Origin: a virus
Lineage: Duplodnaviria > Caudoviricetes
Virus record (IMG/VR): IMGVR_UViG_3300049000_000067
Location: 1-51,082 of that record
Length of the DNA stretch: 51,082 nucleotides
Direction: 5' to 3' (one strand)
Shown here: one piece after another, positions 34,199 to 43,659 of the stretch
How positions within the stretch are numbered: the first letter of the stretch is position 1
Layout: each line of letters starts with the position of its first letter
Translations under genes and position numbers: made by a program
Notes under the pieces: generated by a model
The model's database searches: none
What the model was told of the DNA's origin: nothing
The model's input: only the letters and a program-made list of their open reading frames with translations

Positions 34199-34917
34199 TG
34201 CCCTACTGCCAGCTCGGGAACTACCGCTTCAGGATCACTCCGTCCAGCGTGGTCTTCCCCTTCGAGGTCGACTCGACGGTGATCAACACCGTTGGCGGCC
34301 GGGTGGTGCAGGTCTACGGCGTGACCCTCGGAGACATGGTCGTGCAGGGCCTGTTCGGCCACCAGCGCGACGGGGCCGGATACGAGAGCTGGGCGCTGGC
34401 CGAGCAGTTCCAGTCGGCGATCTCGTTGATGGTCAAGCAGCAGAGCACCCAGCCGACCGGCGGGCAGCTCGCCGGGTACGACCCGAACACGATGCACAAG
34501 CCGTTCCGGTTCATCTACAACGACGACAAGCACAACTGGGATTTCCAGGTCTACATCAAGAGCCTGAAAGACATCACCAATCCCGAGTACACCGTTGCGC
34601 ACCAGACGGGGAAGTTCTCCTACGGCTACACGCTGACCCTCTTCATCGTCGAGGACAACTCCCGGATCCTCCGCCAGGTCGCCGTCGACAAGTTCATCTC
34701 ACGATTGGCGACGGGGGTCGGCTGGAAGCGCACCGTCTACAACGGGCCAATGAGTACTGAAGAGCTGGAGAAGTACGTCAAGGAGAACAGTCCTGACGGC
34801 ACCATTCACGGACTGGTGCTCGACCAGTTCCAGCGCGCGTCGCGGGGTGAAGGCCTGCCCGGCGGCCAGGCAACGGTGGATGCGGCCGAACAGGCCGGAA
34901 CAACGAAGGCAGGCTGA
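34198..34917 (+). CDS. Baseplate/tube-initiator-like protein (239 aa)
   Basis: TGATG coupling after the tape measure; FRITPSSV...T.GGRVVQVYG. Confidence 0.55.
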   Translation: MPYCQLGNYRFRITPSSVVFPFEVDSTVINTVGGRVVQVYGVTLGDMVVQGLFGHQRDGAGYESWALAEQFQSAISLMVKQQSTQPTGGQLAGYDPNTMHKPFRFIYNDDKHNWDFQVYIKSLKDITNPEYTVAHQTGKFSYGYTLTLFIVEDNSRILRQVAVDKFISRLATGVGWKRTVYNGPMSTEELEKYVKENSPDGTIHGLVLDQFQRASRGEGLPGGQATVDAAEQAGTTKAG

Positions 34918-35141
34918 TGAGCGAGCTGAGTGCGCAGATCTCCTGGGGTGCCGACACCGCCATCTCGATGCCGGAGCCGTTGGCCGCCCAGCGGCCGGGC
35001 CTGGTGCCTATGGGTGGCTTCACCTTCACCATCCGCGGCATCGCCCACGACTTCACCGAGGCCGACCGCGAGACCTACCTGATCCCGACCTTCGGGCCGG
35101 ATCCCTACGGCCTGGCCGGGGAGGTGCCGCGAAATGGCTAA
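34917..35141 (+). CDS. Small hypothetical baseplate-region protein (74 aa)
   Basis: Overlaps both neighbours. Confidence 0.55.
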   Translation: MSELSAQISWGADTAISMPEPLAAQRPGLVPMGGFTFTIRGIAHDFTEADRETYLIPTFGPDPYGLAGEVPRNG

Positions 35142-35826
35142 CCCCGAGAGGCTCGACGACTACGGTCTGCCGAACAACATCAACATGACGCTGGCCTTCC
35201 AGAGCAACGACGGCTCGTACTCGATCGGCGTGCGCACCTCGGCGGTGGGCCACTCCTGGGAGGTGGTGGCCACCGAGAGCCACGCCCGGGAGAACCGAGC
35301 CATGTACCCGCGCCAGCGCGCCGTCGGCCGCTTCTTCATCACCCTGCTGCTCAAGGGCTACAAGGAGCAGGAGGCGGTGATGAACTTCTTCCGCTCCTAC
35401 GTCTATGCGTGGCAGTTCGGCAACAAGCCCACGATGATGGTCACCTCGATGACCCGCGGGCTCATCCGCCGGGGGGTGCCGATCAAGGGCATGGCCATCG
35501 AGGACCACGTCGGCTCGCTGTTGTTCACCCCGACGATCACCTTCGAGTCCGCCCAGGACCCGCAGGACCCGACGATCCTCACCCCGGCCCAGGCCTCCAC
35601 CACCGATCTCGGCGGTGGTGAGAGCGACGCCAAGAACTTTTTCTACCCGTTCTCCCGGGGCAGCCAGGACATCACCGTGCGGCCGGAGACCTACTACGAC
35701 TTCGGCGACAACGAGAACACCGGCATCGGCGGTGCGCTCAACAACATCTTCGGTGGCATCGGCGCCGATCTCGGGAACAACATCGACAGCGTGCTCGACG
35801 GATTCTCCCGGGCCGACGGACGGTAG
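35134..35826 (+). CDS. Baseplate-region structural protein (230 aa)
   Basis: GGAGGTG RBS; position; codon bias. Confidence 0.6.
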   Translation: MANPERLDDYGLPNNINMTLAFQSNDGSYSIGVRTSAVGHSWEVVATESHARENRAMYPRQRAVGRFFITLLLKGYKEQEAVMNFFRSYVYAWQFGNKPTMMVTSMTRGLIRRGVPIKGMAIEDHVGSLLFTPTITFESAQDPQDPTILTPAQASTTDLGGGESDAKNFFYPFSRGSQDITVRPETYYDFGDNENTGIGGALNNIFGGIGADLGNNIDSVLDGFSRADGR

Positions 35827-35828
35827 TA

Positions 35829-38414
35829 ATGGCAACGTTCCTGTACTCACCGCAGATCCGGGTCCGGGTGGCCACCCGAGACAACGGCATTCTCGACATC
35901 AGCGATGACCTCGTGCAGGGCACGTTGAACATCCGCACCAACGCCATTCACACGTTCTCGTTCCAGCTCCAGAACGCGCTGCGAAAGTACGACGGCAGGC
36001 TTCGGCCGATGGACCGCATCGTGGTCGAGATGAAGCGGGTCTCCTGGGTCCGGGTCTTCTCCGGCTACCTGAACAACGGCCCGATCTTCTCGGTGTGGCC
36101 GCGGGTCCTGAACATCACCGCGAGCTGCACCCTGAAGCGGCTCCAGTTCTGGTACTGGGACTCGACGACGACCAAGGCCTACACGCTGATCGTCGACACG
36201 ATGATCAAGGGCACCGCCACCACCGGCGGGAACAACGCGGCCACGCCGCCGTCCACCCAGGCGCCCGGTGCGGGTGGGGTCACCGGCCAAGACCTGAAGG
36301 TGCGCGACACCGCGGTGCGGGTGCTCACCGAGGTGGTCGGCTGGCCTCAGGAGAAGATCCATATCGCCGAGGTGCCCCCAGCCTGGTACAAGCTCGCCGA
36401 GAGCCTCTACGGGCTGGTCTCGAAGAACGTCGAGGTGTCCAGCGCGCTGATCGGCGACTTCACCTCCGGCGGCACCGTGGGCGGCTCCTCGGTCAATGGG
36501 GCGGGCGGGCTCGCCAACGGCACCCTGTCCCCGGGCAACTACGGCGGGGTGAACTTCAGCGCGGAGCAGGCGGCCAACGCCGCGATCATCTACAACGTGG
36601 CCGCGGGCCGCGGGCTCCCGGCCAAGGCCGCGATCATCGCCATCGCCACCGCCTTGCAGGAGTCGACGCTCAAGAACCTCAACTACGGCGACCGCGACAG
36701 CCTCGGGCTGTTCCAGCAACGGCCCTCGCAGGGCTGGGGCACCCCGGCGCAGGTCACCGACCCGGTCTACTCGGCGGGCAAGTTCTACGACGGCCTGGTG
36801 AAGGTCCCGGGGTGGGAGTCGCTGCCGGTCACGGTGGCCGCCCAGCGGGTGCAGCGCTCGGCCTTCCCGAACGCCTACGCGAAGTGGGAGTCCGCCGCCA
36901 CCGCCGCCGTCGGCGTGCTGTCCAAGACCGGCACCCCAGGTGCTACCGGCGCCCCGGTCGCGGGGGCTCCGGGCGCGAACGTGAACACGGGGGTGGGCGG
37001 GGCCGCGGTGGGCTCCGGCCGCAACGTGGCCCTGGTGGCCGCCAACCTGATCAAGAGTCGTCCGCCCGGGGCGATCCGCTACCGGCTCGGTGGTGACGAC
37101 CCCTACACACACCCGAGCCCGACCGTGCTCGACTGTTCATCGCTGGTCGACTGGGTCTACTACAACGCGATCGGTCGCCCCATTCAGTCCGGCCGGACCA
37201 CGGCCGCCTTCCAGCAGAACTGGTCGCGCGGCACCGCCATCGACGTGGCCACGGCCAAGAACGTCAAGGGGGCGCTGCTGTTCATCGGCTCCCCGGCGCA
37301 CCACGTCGAGGTCTCCCTGGGCAACGGCATGACCGCGGGCGCACACACCGACGGCATCCCGCTGGAGCGCCAGGTCACCGTGGGCCCGGCGGGCAGCGGC
37401 TGGACCGGCGCGGCGCTGATGCCCGGCGTCGACTACAAGGACGCGGCCACCACCCAGGCCGCCGCCGCGGTGGTCAGCAAGGTGATCAACCAGCCAACCA
37501 CCGTCTCGGACCCGAACGAGACCGGCACCGGCACCTTGGCCGGAGGCGCAGGTGGGGCCGGGGGAGCAGCCGCGGGCCCGGACGGCAACGCGGCCTTCAA
37601 CGCCTTCGTCAACGTCTACGTCTGGGGCTTCCAGCGCAGCTACACCGGCGACCTGCTCTCCGGTGCCCGGGCTCTGATGAACGACGAGCCGATGCTGCCG
37701 TGGATCTCGAACCTGATGGCCACGATCATGCGCAGCTGGTGCTCGGCGCCCAACGGCGACTTCATGGCCTGGTTCCCGGACTACTTCGGGCTCTGGGACT
37801 CCGCGGCCAAGATGAACGTGAAGTCGATCGAGCTACAGGACTTCACGGTGGAGTGGTACGACCAGGAGATCGTCACCCACCAGTACGTCGTCGGCGTGCC
37901 GATGGCGATGTTCGACACCCGCACCGCCACGGTCACCGCGTCCCAGGGCGGAGCCGGTTCCGGCAGCGGGCTCTACTGGATGATGTCGACCCAGGGCGTC
38001 GCCACGATGGACTTCCCGGAGATCTTCCAGGCGGTCTTCGGGATCACCGCGAGCCAGCAGTTCGTCAACGAATACCTCGACCGGTTCGGTGGTCGACCGA
38101 ACGTCATCAATGCCCCAACCATTCGCTGGAATTCGGGCGCCGAGTTCTTCATGGCGCTGTATCTGTTCATGCAGCGGTGGGCCAATCAGTTCCGGGCCGA
38201 CGTGCCAATGACCTTCATGCCGGAGTTGTGGCCGGGGATGCTGCTGGTGCTGCCGGAGTTCCAGTTCCAGGCCTACATCCTGGAGGTCAACCACACCTTC
38301 CAGTTCGGGCCCGGCGGCGGATTCTCCACCCGGGCGAAGATCTGCGCTCCGGCGCGCACCTCGAAGAAGACCGACATCTTCGGCCTGCTACCTCTTGCCG
38401 GGAGTGCCCGATGA
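35829..38414 (+). CDS. Baseplate hub protein with inserted lysozyme-like and NlpC/P60 domains (861 aa)
   Basis: Hub-like termini (LDISDDL..., FMPELWPGM..., V.HTF....GF.T); ATALQES.L.NL.YGDRDSLGLFQQRPSQGWG; DCSSLV...HHVE. Confidence 0.8.
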   Translation: MATFLYSPQIRVRVATRDNGILDISDDLVQGTLNIRTNAIHTFSFQLQNALRKYDGRLRPMDRIVVEMKRVSWVRVFSGYLNNGPIFSVWPRVLNITASCTLKRLQFWYWDSTTTKAYTLIVDTMIKGTATTGGNNAATPPSTQAPGAGGVTGQDLKVRDTAVRVLTEVVGWPQEKIHIAEVPPAWYKLAESLYGLVSKNVEVSSALIGDFTSGGTVGGSSVNGAGGLANGTLSPGNYGGVNFSAEQAANAAIIYNVAAGRGLPAKAAIIAIATALQESTLKNLNYGDRDSLGLFQQRPSQGWGTPAQVTDPVYSAGKFYDGLVKVPGWESLPVTVAAQRVQRSAFPNAYAKWESAATAAVGVLSKTGTPGATGAPVAGAPGANVNTGVGGAAVGSGRNVALVAANLIKSRPPGAIRYRLGGDDPYTHPSPTVLDCSSLVDWVYYNAIGRPIQSGRTTAAFQQNWSRGTAIDVATAKNVKGALLFIGSPAHHVEVSLGNGMTAGAHTDGIPLERQVTVGPAGSGWTGAALMPGVDYKDAATTQAAAAVVSKVINQPTTVSDPNETGTGTLAGGAGGAGGAAAGPDGNAAFNAFVNVYVWGFQRSYTGDLLSGARALMNDEPMLPWISNLMATIMRSWCSAPNGDFMAWFPDYFGLWDSAAKMNVKSIELQDFTVEWYDQEIVTHQYVVGVPMAMFDTRTATVTASQGGAGSGSGLYWMMSTQGVATMDFPEIFQAVFGITASQQFVNEYLDRFGGRPNVINAPTIRWNSGAEFFMALYLFMQRWANQFRADVPMTFMPELWPGMLLVLPEFQFQAYILEVNHTFQFGPGGGFSTRAKICAPARTSKKTDIFGLLPLAGSAR

Positions 38415-39658
38415 CCGGGGTCTACGGAGTCAGCCAGCCCGCCTACCGCGGGGCGCTCGGACACGGCGCCGCCTACAAGGGCGTGACCGTGGTGTCGGTG
38501 GACACCGACAAGCGGATGGCGCTCGCGCGCGACGAGTTCGGCTCGTTCATAGAGATCCGTTGCGACATCCTGCGAGCCAAGGGCAACCTCCCGGCCCCGG
38601 GCGAGCAATGGCTCATCGACCAGCAGTACGGCCAATGGACCTTCGCTGCGATCATCACCGGCGGCACCGAGGGCGTGATCATCCCGCCGGACAACGTCAC
38701 CGGGCTCACCGAGACGCTGACCGACACCGACAACCGGATCACCACGGTCGCCGACAACGCGCTCACCCGGGACAACGCCCTGGACACCCGGGCATCCACG
38801 CTGGAGACCAACACCACGAACCAGGCGCTGGCCAAGGGCGACATCCTGGCCGCACCGGCCGCCGGGGCGCTGCAACGGCTCGCCGTCGGATCCGGGCAGC
38901 AGGTGCTCGCCGTGGATCCGGCGATGGCCACCGGGCTGCGCTGGGTCACCCCCACCGCGCTGCCGTATGCGGTCACCGGTGCGACGCAGAGCGGCTGGCT
39001 GTCCGGGCACACCCTGGCGGGCGCCCCAACCACCGGCACGCACGTGGTCGGCGAGTGGGTCATGGACCGCAACGGGGTGGCCTGGTGCTGCACCGTGGCC
39101 GGGACGCCAGGCACCTGGGTGAGTCAGCCCAGCACCCGGATGACCGCGAACGAAACCAACATCACCAACCTGCAAAACGCGAACCAGGCCTTTGGCCGCC
39201 ACTACTGGTACTCGAATGCTGGCATCTGCGCGCCAGGCACGGAGTACGTCCCGCCGGGCTACACCGCTCAGTACAACGACGGGATCGCCAACATTGCCAC
39301 GGCGTCCTTCCGCTTTAACCGAGCAGGCCGCTGGGGACTGACTGCGGCGTGCTACTCCAACAGCGGCGCCGAAGGGATCATGCAGTTCTACCTCCAGCAG
39401 GGCAACCCCAGCTTCTATGGCGGCCCCAGCTGGGTGCTGTCGGACCGGAGGTACCGGAAGAATGGTGCCGGAGCTGGAGCCTGGACGAACTCGGGCAATC
39501 TAGAACAGACCATCAGCTGGACGGGGTGGGTGACAGCAGCCGCGGCTGCCGTTTACTTCACGCCACGGGTGTACTGGAATTGTCCGACTGCCGGAGTCGC
39601 CGGTAACGCCACCGATGTCAATATCAACGTTGACATGCAGTACATGGGACCCAACTGA
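38411..39658 (+). CDS. Baseplate spike / minor tail protein (415 aa) with lower-GC C-terminal domain
   Basis: ATGA overlap at 38411; OB-fold-like N-terminus (P.PGEQWLI); coiled coil; AKGDILAA...RLAVG fibre module. Confidence 0.6.
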   Translation: MTGVYGVSQPAYRGALGHGAAYKGVTVVSVDTDKRMALARDEFGSFIEIRCDILRAKGNLPAPGEQWLIDQQYGQWTFAAIITGGTEGVIIPPDNVTGLTETLTDTDNRITTVADNALTRDNALDTRASTLETNTTNQALAKGDILAAPAAGALQRLAVGSGQQVLAVDPAMATGLRWVTPTALPYAVTGATQSGWLSGHTLAGAPTTGTHVVGEWVMDRNGVAWCCTVAGTPGTWVSQPSTRMTANETNITNLQNANQAFGRHYWYSNAGICAPGTEYVPPGYTAQYNDGIANIATASFRFNRAGRWGLTAACYSNSGAEGIMQFYLQQGNPSFYGGPSWVLSDRRYRKNGAGAGAWTNSGNLEQTISWTGWVTAAAAAVYFTPRVYWNCPTAGVAGNATDVNINVDMQYMGPN

Positions 39659-39669
39659 AAGGAATTGTC

Positions 39670-39975
39670 ATGCCAGCCACTCCGTATTTGCCCGCCCCCC
39701 AGCCAATCAATTTCATCCAATGGACCGGCGACAATGCCACAGAAGTGCAGTCCATGCTCTCTGCCGATATCGGTACCCATCGCTATCTTAATTATTACGT
39801 CGACTTCGCTGGGAATAACCTGCTGATCGTCGATACGGCGGAGATGTGCAACGTCCCGCTCAACTGGTACGTCGGGTTCGACCAGGCCAAGGGTGAGGTG
39901 ATCAGTTTCGACCCAGCGACATTCGAGCAGCGGTGGGCACCCGTCGACAATAGCATCGACCAAGAAAACGAGTAG
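39670..39975 (+). CDS. Hypothetical protein (101 aa), lower GC
   Basis: AAAGGA RBS; IQWTGDN..EV...FEQRW. Confidence 0.6.
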   Translation: MPATPYLPAPQPINFIQWTGDNATEVQSMLSADIGTHRYLNYYVDFAGNNLLIVDTAEMCNVPLNWYVGFDQAKGEVISFDPATFEQRWAPVDNSIDQENE

Positions 39976-40013
39976 GCAGGACGGTGTCAACGCCATAGGG
40001 CCCAACGGCTGAG

Positions 40014-40053
40014 CCTGTCCATTACTGACGGTCGAGCACTAAGAGATGAAGGG
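40014..40053 (+). promoter_or_regulatory. Putative late promoter, copy 7 (variant)
   Basis: CCTGTC at 40014 and TAAGAGATGAAGGG at 40040; upstream of the wedge genes. Confidence 0.6.
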
Positions 40054-40061
40054 AGGTTCCG

Positions 40062-40490
40062 ATGAAGACATTGGCGCTGTTCAATGGAGATCTGATGCCA
40101 GCCCAGGGCGGGTACTTCCTCTTCACCGGAGTCGACCGCATTCGCCAGGACCTGACGCTGTCGCTCATGGAGGAGTACGGCACCGACCGCTTCCACCCGC
40201 GGTGGGGCTCGGTCATCCGGCAGTACATCGGCAACGTGATCACGCCGCAGCTGGAGCAGCTGGTGAAGGCCGAGGTCAACCGGGTCGTGCAGAACTACAT
40301 CATGATCCAGCAGGCTGAGGTGCTGCGGGACTCCCAGGTGGACGTAAAGGGCCGATTCACCACCGCCGACGTGGTGCGCTCGCTGCTGGGGATCAAGACC
40401 ACGGTGAACACCGACCGGATCGACGTGCAGCTCGCCCTGGAGACCCTGGCCCGCACCACCGTGACCGTGAAGCGACAGGTGGTGAGCTGA
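40062..40490 (+). CDS. Baseplate wedge / sheath initiator (gp25/gpW-like)
   Basis: GTDRFHPRWGS motif; size; precedes baseplate J. Confidence 0.8.
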   Translation: MKTLALFNGDLMPAQGGYFLFTGVDRIRQDLTLSLMEEYGTDRFHPRWGSVIRQYIGNVITPQLEQLVKAEVNRVVQNYIMIQQAEVLRDSQVDVKGRFTTADVVRSLLGIKTTVNTDRIDVQLALETLARTTVTVKRQVVS

Positions 40491-42313
40491 TGCCCTCGAC
40501 CGCAGACATCGTCTCGAAGATGGTGCTCGCGCTGCGTGCGTCCGAGCCCGACATCGACACCTCGGTCGGCACCCCGCTGCGCAAGATCCTCGACGCCGTC
40601 GGCGAGTCCATCGCCGAGGCCTACGTCGACCAGCACCTGATCACCTACGCCTACGACATCGACGCCAAGGTCGAAGGCGACCTCGACGACTTCGTGGCGC
40701 TGTTCGGCTTCGCCCGGATCCCGGCGCAGCGCAGCCAGGGTGTGGTCACCTTCTCGCGGCCGAACGATGACGTGTCGAACCAGACCGCGGTGACGATCCC
40801 GCCCGGTACCCAGGTGGCCGCGCTGACCACCCCGCTGGTCTACGTGCAGACCACCACCGGCGCCGTGATGAACCCCGGCCAGTACACGGCTGAGGTGCCC
40901 GTACAGAGCCTCGTGGCCGGTCCCCGGGGGAACGTGGCCGCCGGGCTCCTCACGCAGCTCGTGGACCCGCTGGGGACCCTTTCCAGCTCGGTCAACGTCA
41001 ACGCCCTCACCGGCGGCAGCGCCCAGGAGTCCGACCCGGAGCTGCGGGCCCGGTTCAAGGCCACCGTGTTCCGCTCGCTGGCGGGCACCCAGGCGATGTA
41101 CGAGGGCGTGGCGCTGGAGCTGCCGCAGGATCCGACGCTGCCCGACAGCCGGGCGGTCAGCCGGGTGAACGTGATCGGCAGCTCGAAGCGGTGGCGCGAG
41201 CAGGTCCAGATGGTCGGCGGGGCCGCCGCCTCGATCATCAAGGGCGCGGCCTACATCTTCCCGGACAACGTCTACTGCGGGGTCAACCTCGACGGCGGCA
41301 GCCTGCTCACCCCGGGCGTGCACTACGCGTTCAGCGCGACCAACCCGACCAACCGGGCCGACGCCTCGGCCACGCTGTCCTCGCTGTCCGCCTCGGCCAT
41401 GCCGGACGGGCTCTACGACCTCGACTTCGAGTATGTGCCGCAGGCCAGCCGCAACGACCCCGGCAACACCCGGTTCGCCCTGGGCGGGGTGAACAACCGG
41501 GTGGACGTCTGGGTGGACGGACAGATCATCACCAACGCCACCCAGTCGGTGGTCTTCTCCGACGTCAAGAAGTTCGCTGCGACCGGCACCTACACCAACA
41601 CCCGGTTCAGCCAGGACAGCGACGTCACGCCGAATCCGCTGGTCAACAACATCTTCATCCCGCTGGCCTTCGGCCCGGTGCTGACCGTGCCCGACCAGAT
41701 GACGATCGCGGGCGTCACCTACGTCGAGGGCACCGACTACTGGATCGTCCACCAGAACGACTGCTTCGGGTACACCGCGCAATCGCTGTTCGGATTGGCG
41801 TGGACCGCTGCCCGGCGTCCGGCGAACAACACCGTCTTCTCGATCACCTACACCTACAACAAGGTGGCCCGCGCTCTCCAGGACAACATCGCCCAATGGC
41901 GCCTGGTGGGAACGGACGCGAAGATCCATTGCGGAAAGGTCATTCCGCTGCGGTTCAACCTCGCGGTGATGTACGACGTGCGCTACGACCCGAGCGTGGT
42001 CAAGACGCAGATGGACCAGGCCCTGGCGGATTGGCTGGGCGGGCTCGGATTCGAGGCCCAGCTCCAGGTGTCGGACGTGCTCCAGGTCGCGCACAACACC
42101 CCGGGTGTGGACAACGTGCGGTTCCTCAACACCACCGACTCCGCCACGAACTACTCGATCCAGCGGATGAGCCAGTTCGCCACCAACACGATCTTGCAGA
42201 CCTACGCCACCGGCGGCCGGGCGACCGACCTCCAGTTCGCCGATGATCAATACCCGGTCTTCCACTCGACGGTCGTGAGCCAGCGCGCGGCCAACACCTT
42301 CGGGGTGCTCTGA
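40490..42313 (+). CDS. Baseplate J-like wedge protein (607 aa)
   Basis: G.DLDDFV..FG..R..A....G.VTF, IPPGT.V, G..GNV.AG, GG...ESD.ELRAR. Confidence 0.9.
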   Translation: MPSTADIVSKMVLALRASEPDIDTSVGTPLRKILDAVGESIAEAYVDQHLITYAYDIDAKVEGDLDDFVALFGFARIPAQRSQGVVTFSRPNDDVSNQTAVTIPPGTQVAALTTPLVYVQTTTGAVMNPGQYTAEVPVQSLVAGPRGNVAAGLLTQLVDPLGTLSSSVNVNALTGGSAQESDPELRARFKATVFRSLAGTQAMYEGVALELPQDPTLPDSRAVSRVNVIGSSKRWREQVQMVGGAAASIIKGAAYIFPDNVYCGVNLDGGSLLTPGVHYAFSATNPTNRADASATLSSLSASAMPDGLYDLDFEYVPQASRNDPGNTRFALGGVNNRVDVWVDGQIITNATQSVVFSDVKKFAATGTYTNTRFSQDSDVTPNPLVNNIFIPLAFGPVLTVPDQMTIAGVTYVEGTDYWIVHQNDCFGYTAQSLFGLAWTAARRPANNTVFSITYTYNKVARALQDNIAQWRLVGTDAKIHCGKVIPLRFNLAVMYDVRYDPSVVKTQMDQALADWLGGLGFEAQLQVSDVLQVAHNTPGVDNVRFLNTTDSATNYSIQRMSQFATNTILQTYATGGRATDLQFADDQYPVFHSTVVSQRAANTFGVL

Positions 42314-43659
42314 TGACCGCTCCCGAGCCGATCTTCACCAACAACGGCGACTTCGACAGCCGGATCGCCAACGCTGCCCAGCAAGACCTGATGACCATGC
42401 AGCTGGGCACCAACGCGGTGGAGAGCGACTCGACCAAGGTCGTGTCCGACCCGATGCTGCCGGACCGCGCGGTGATCGACCGGCTCGGGCACATGGACCC
42501 GGAGCTGTACGACCTCAACGAGTCCAGCCACCTGATGAAGCTGCTCAACGTGCTGCTCGGCGGGGCGGGCGCCGGAGGACTGCGCAAGCAGATCGCGGTG
42601 GCCCGGCTCCAGAACAGTTTCCGGGGCATGCACTTCCTGGACCTCGACCGGTTCTACGGCGCGCTGTTCGGGATCAAGCGCACCAACACCGAGGTCATGC
42701 CGGACTTCGGCACCCTGAACGACCCGGCGATCTTCGACCCGTACACCGACGCCGCGGGCAGCGACGTCTGGGACGACATCCACTCCCGGGACGCGAGCTA
42801 CCGCGACCGGCTGATCAAGTTCGCCCGGGCGCTGCCGCTCGGTGGCACCTACGCGGGCCTGCGCGCCGCCGCGGAGGCGCTGCTCTCGGTCGAGTGCGAG
42901 ATCTACGAGAGCTGGACCTGGGTCGACGAGCAGAACGCCGCCGCCGCGCAGCCGCCGGTGCTGATCTACACCTACACCGCCCTCAACAACGCCTTCCCGA
43001 CCTTCGACCAACTCAGCGCCTCGCGCACCTGGTCCAACCTCTCCGCGAGCGGCACGGCCGGTACCTACTTCCTCGGCCGGACCGGGCAGAAGAACCGCTC
43101 CGAGGTGCTGATCCAGCCCAAGCGGCAGCTCCGCCTCGACGAGGCCTACCAGGCCCAACGGGTGATCCGGCAGCTCCAGCCCGCGGGCACCCAGGTCAAC
43201 TTCGACCCCGAGGGTCTGGCCATTCACCAGCCCGTCCCGCTGCGCGCGGTCGCCGCCGACAGCGAGCATTGGGAGATCATCTACAAGACCACCCCGGCAC
43301 CCTCGCTGGTCTCCCCGGTCTCCAGCGAGCCGGTCTACCCGCAGCCGGACCCGACCGAGTGCCAGCCGCGCCCGGCGCTGTCGGGGTACCAGGGCGAGAA
43401 GTGGTGCTACAACAACGACATCATCACGGTCTCGTCCTACAAGATGCTCTTCCGCTCGGTAGTCACCGTCACCAACTACCAGACGGTGGTGTTCCGGGAC
43501 GGGGTCACGAAGGCCTATCTGACCAGCCACGCCGTGATCGACGGGCAGACCGTGCTCGCCGGGCGGGTGGTGGCTGACGGGGTCATGACCAGCTACGCGT
43601 ACTCGTCGCGGGTGGACGTCTCGGTCCTGAAGAACGTGAACTACGCGAGGTCGTACTGA
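42313..43659 (+). CDS. Baseplate wedge protein (gpI-like, 448 aa)
   Basis: After baseplate J; LDRFYG..FG.KR, D.SYRDRL, GGT..GL...AE, L.PAGT. Confidence 0.65.
   Translation: MTAPEPIFTNNGDFDSRIANAAQQDLMTMQLGTNAVESDSTKVVSDPMLPDRAVIDRLGHMDPELYDLNESSHLMKLLNVLLGGAGAGGLRKQIAVARLQNSFRGMHFLDLDRFYGALFGIKRTNTEVMPDFGTLNDPAIFDPYTDAAGSDVWDDIHSRDASYRDRLIKFARALPLGGTYAGLRAAAEALLSVECEIYESWTWVDEQNAAAAQPPVLIYTYTALNNAFPTFDQLSASRTWSNLSASGTAGTYFLGRTGQKNRSEVLIQPKRQLRLDEAYQAQRVIRQLQPAGTQVNFDPEGLAIHQPVPLRAVAADSEHWEIIYKTTPAPSLVSPVSSEPVYPQPDPTECQPRPALSGYQGEKWCYNNDIITVSSYKMLFRSVVTVTNYQTVVFRDGVTKAYLTSHAVIDGQTVLAGRVVADGVMTSYAYSSRVDVSVLKNVNYARSY

Noticed and set aside
10453-39975. Diversity-generating retroelement or invertible fibre-switching system
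   Set aside because: No reverse transcriptase, recombinase, adenine-specific template/variable repeat pair or inverted cassette was seen in the window.
2361-40053. The repeated motif as CRISPR repeat, att site or plain Shine-Dalgarno
   Set aside because: Copies are kilobases apart, bipartite with variable spacer, and at variable distance from start codons that mostly have their own RBS.
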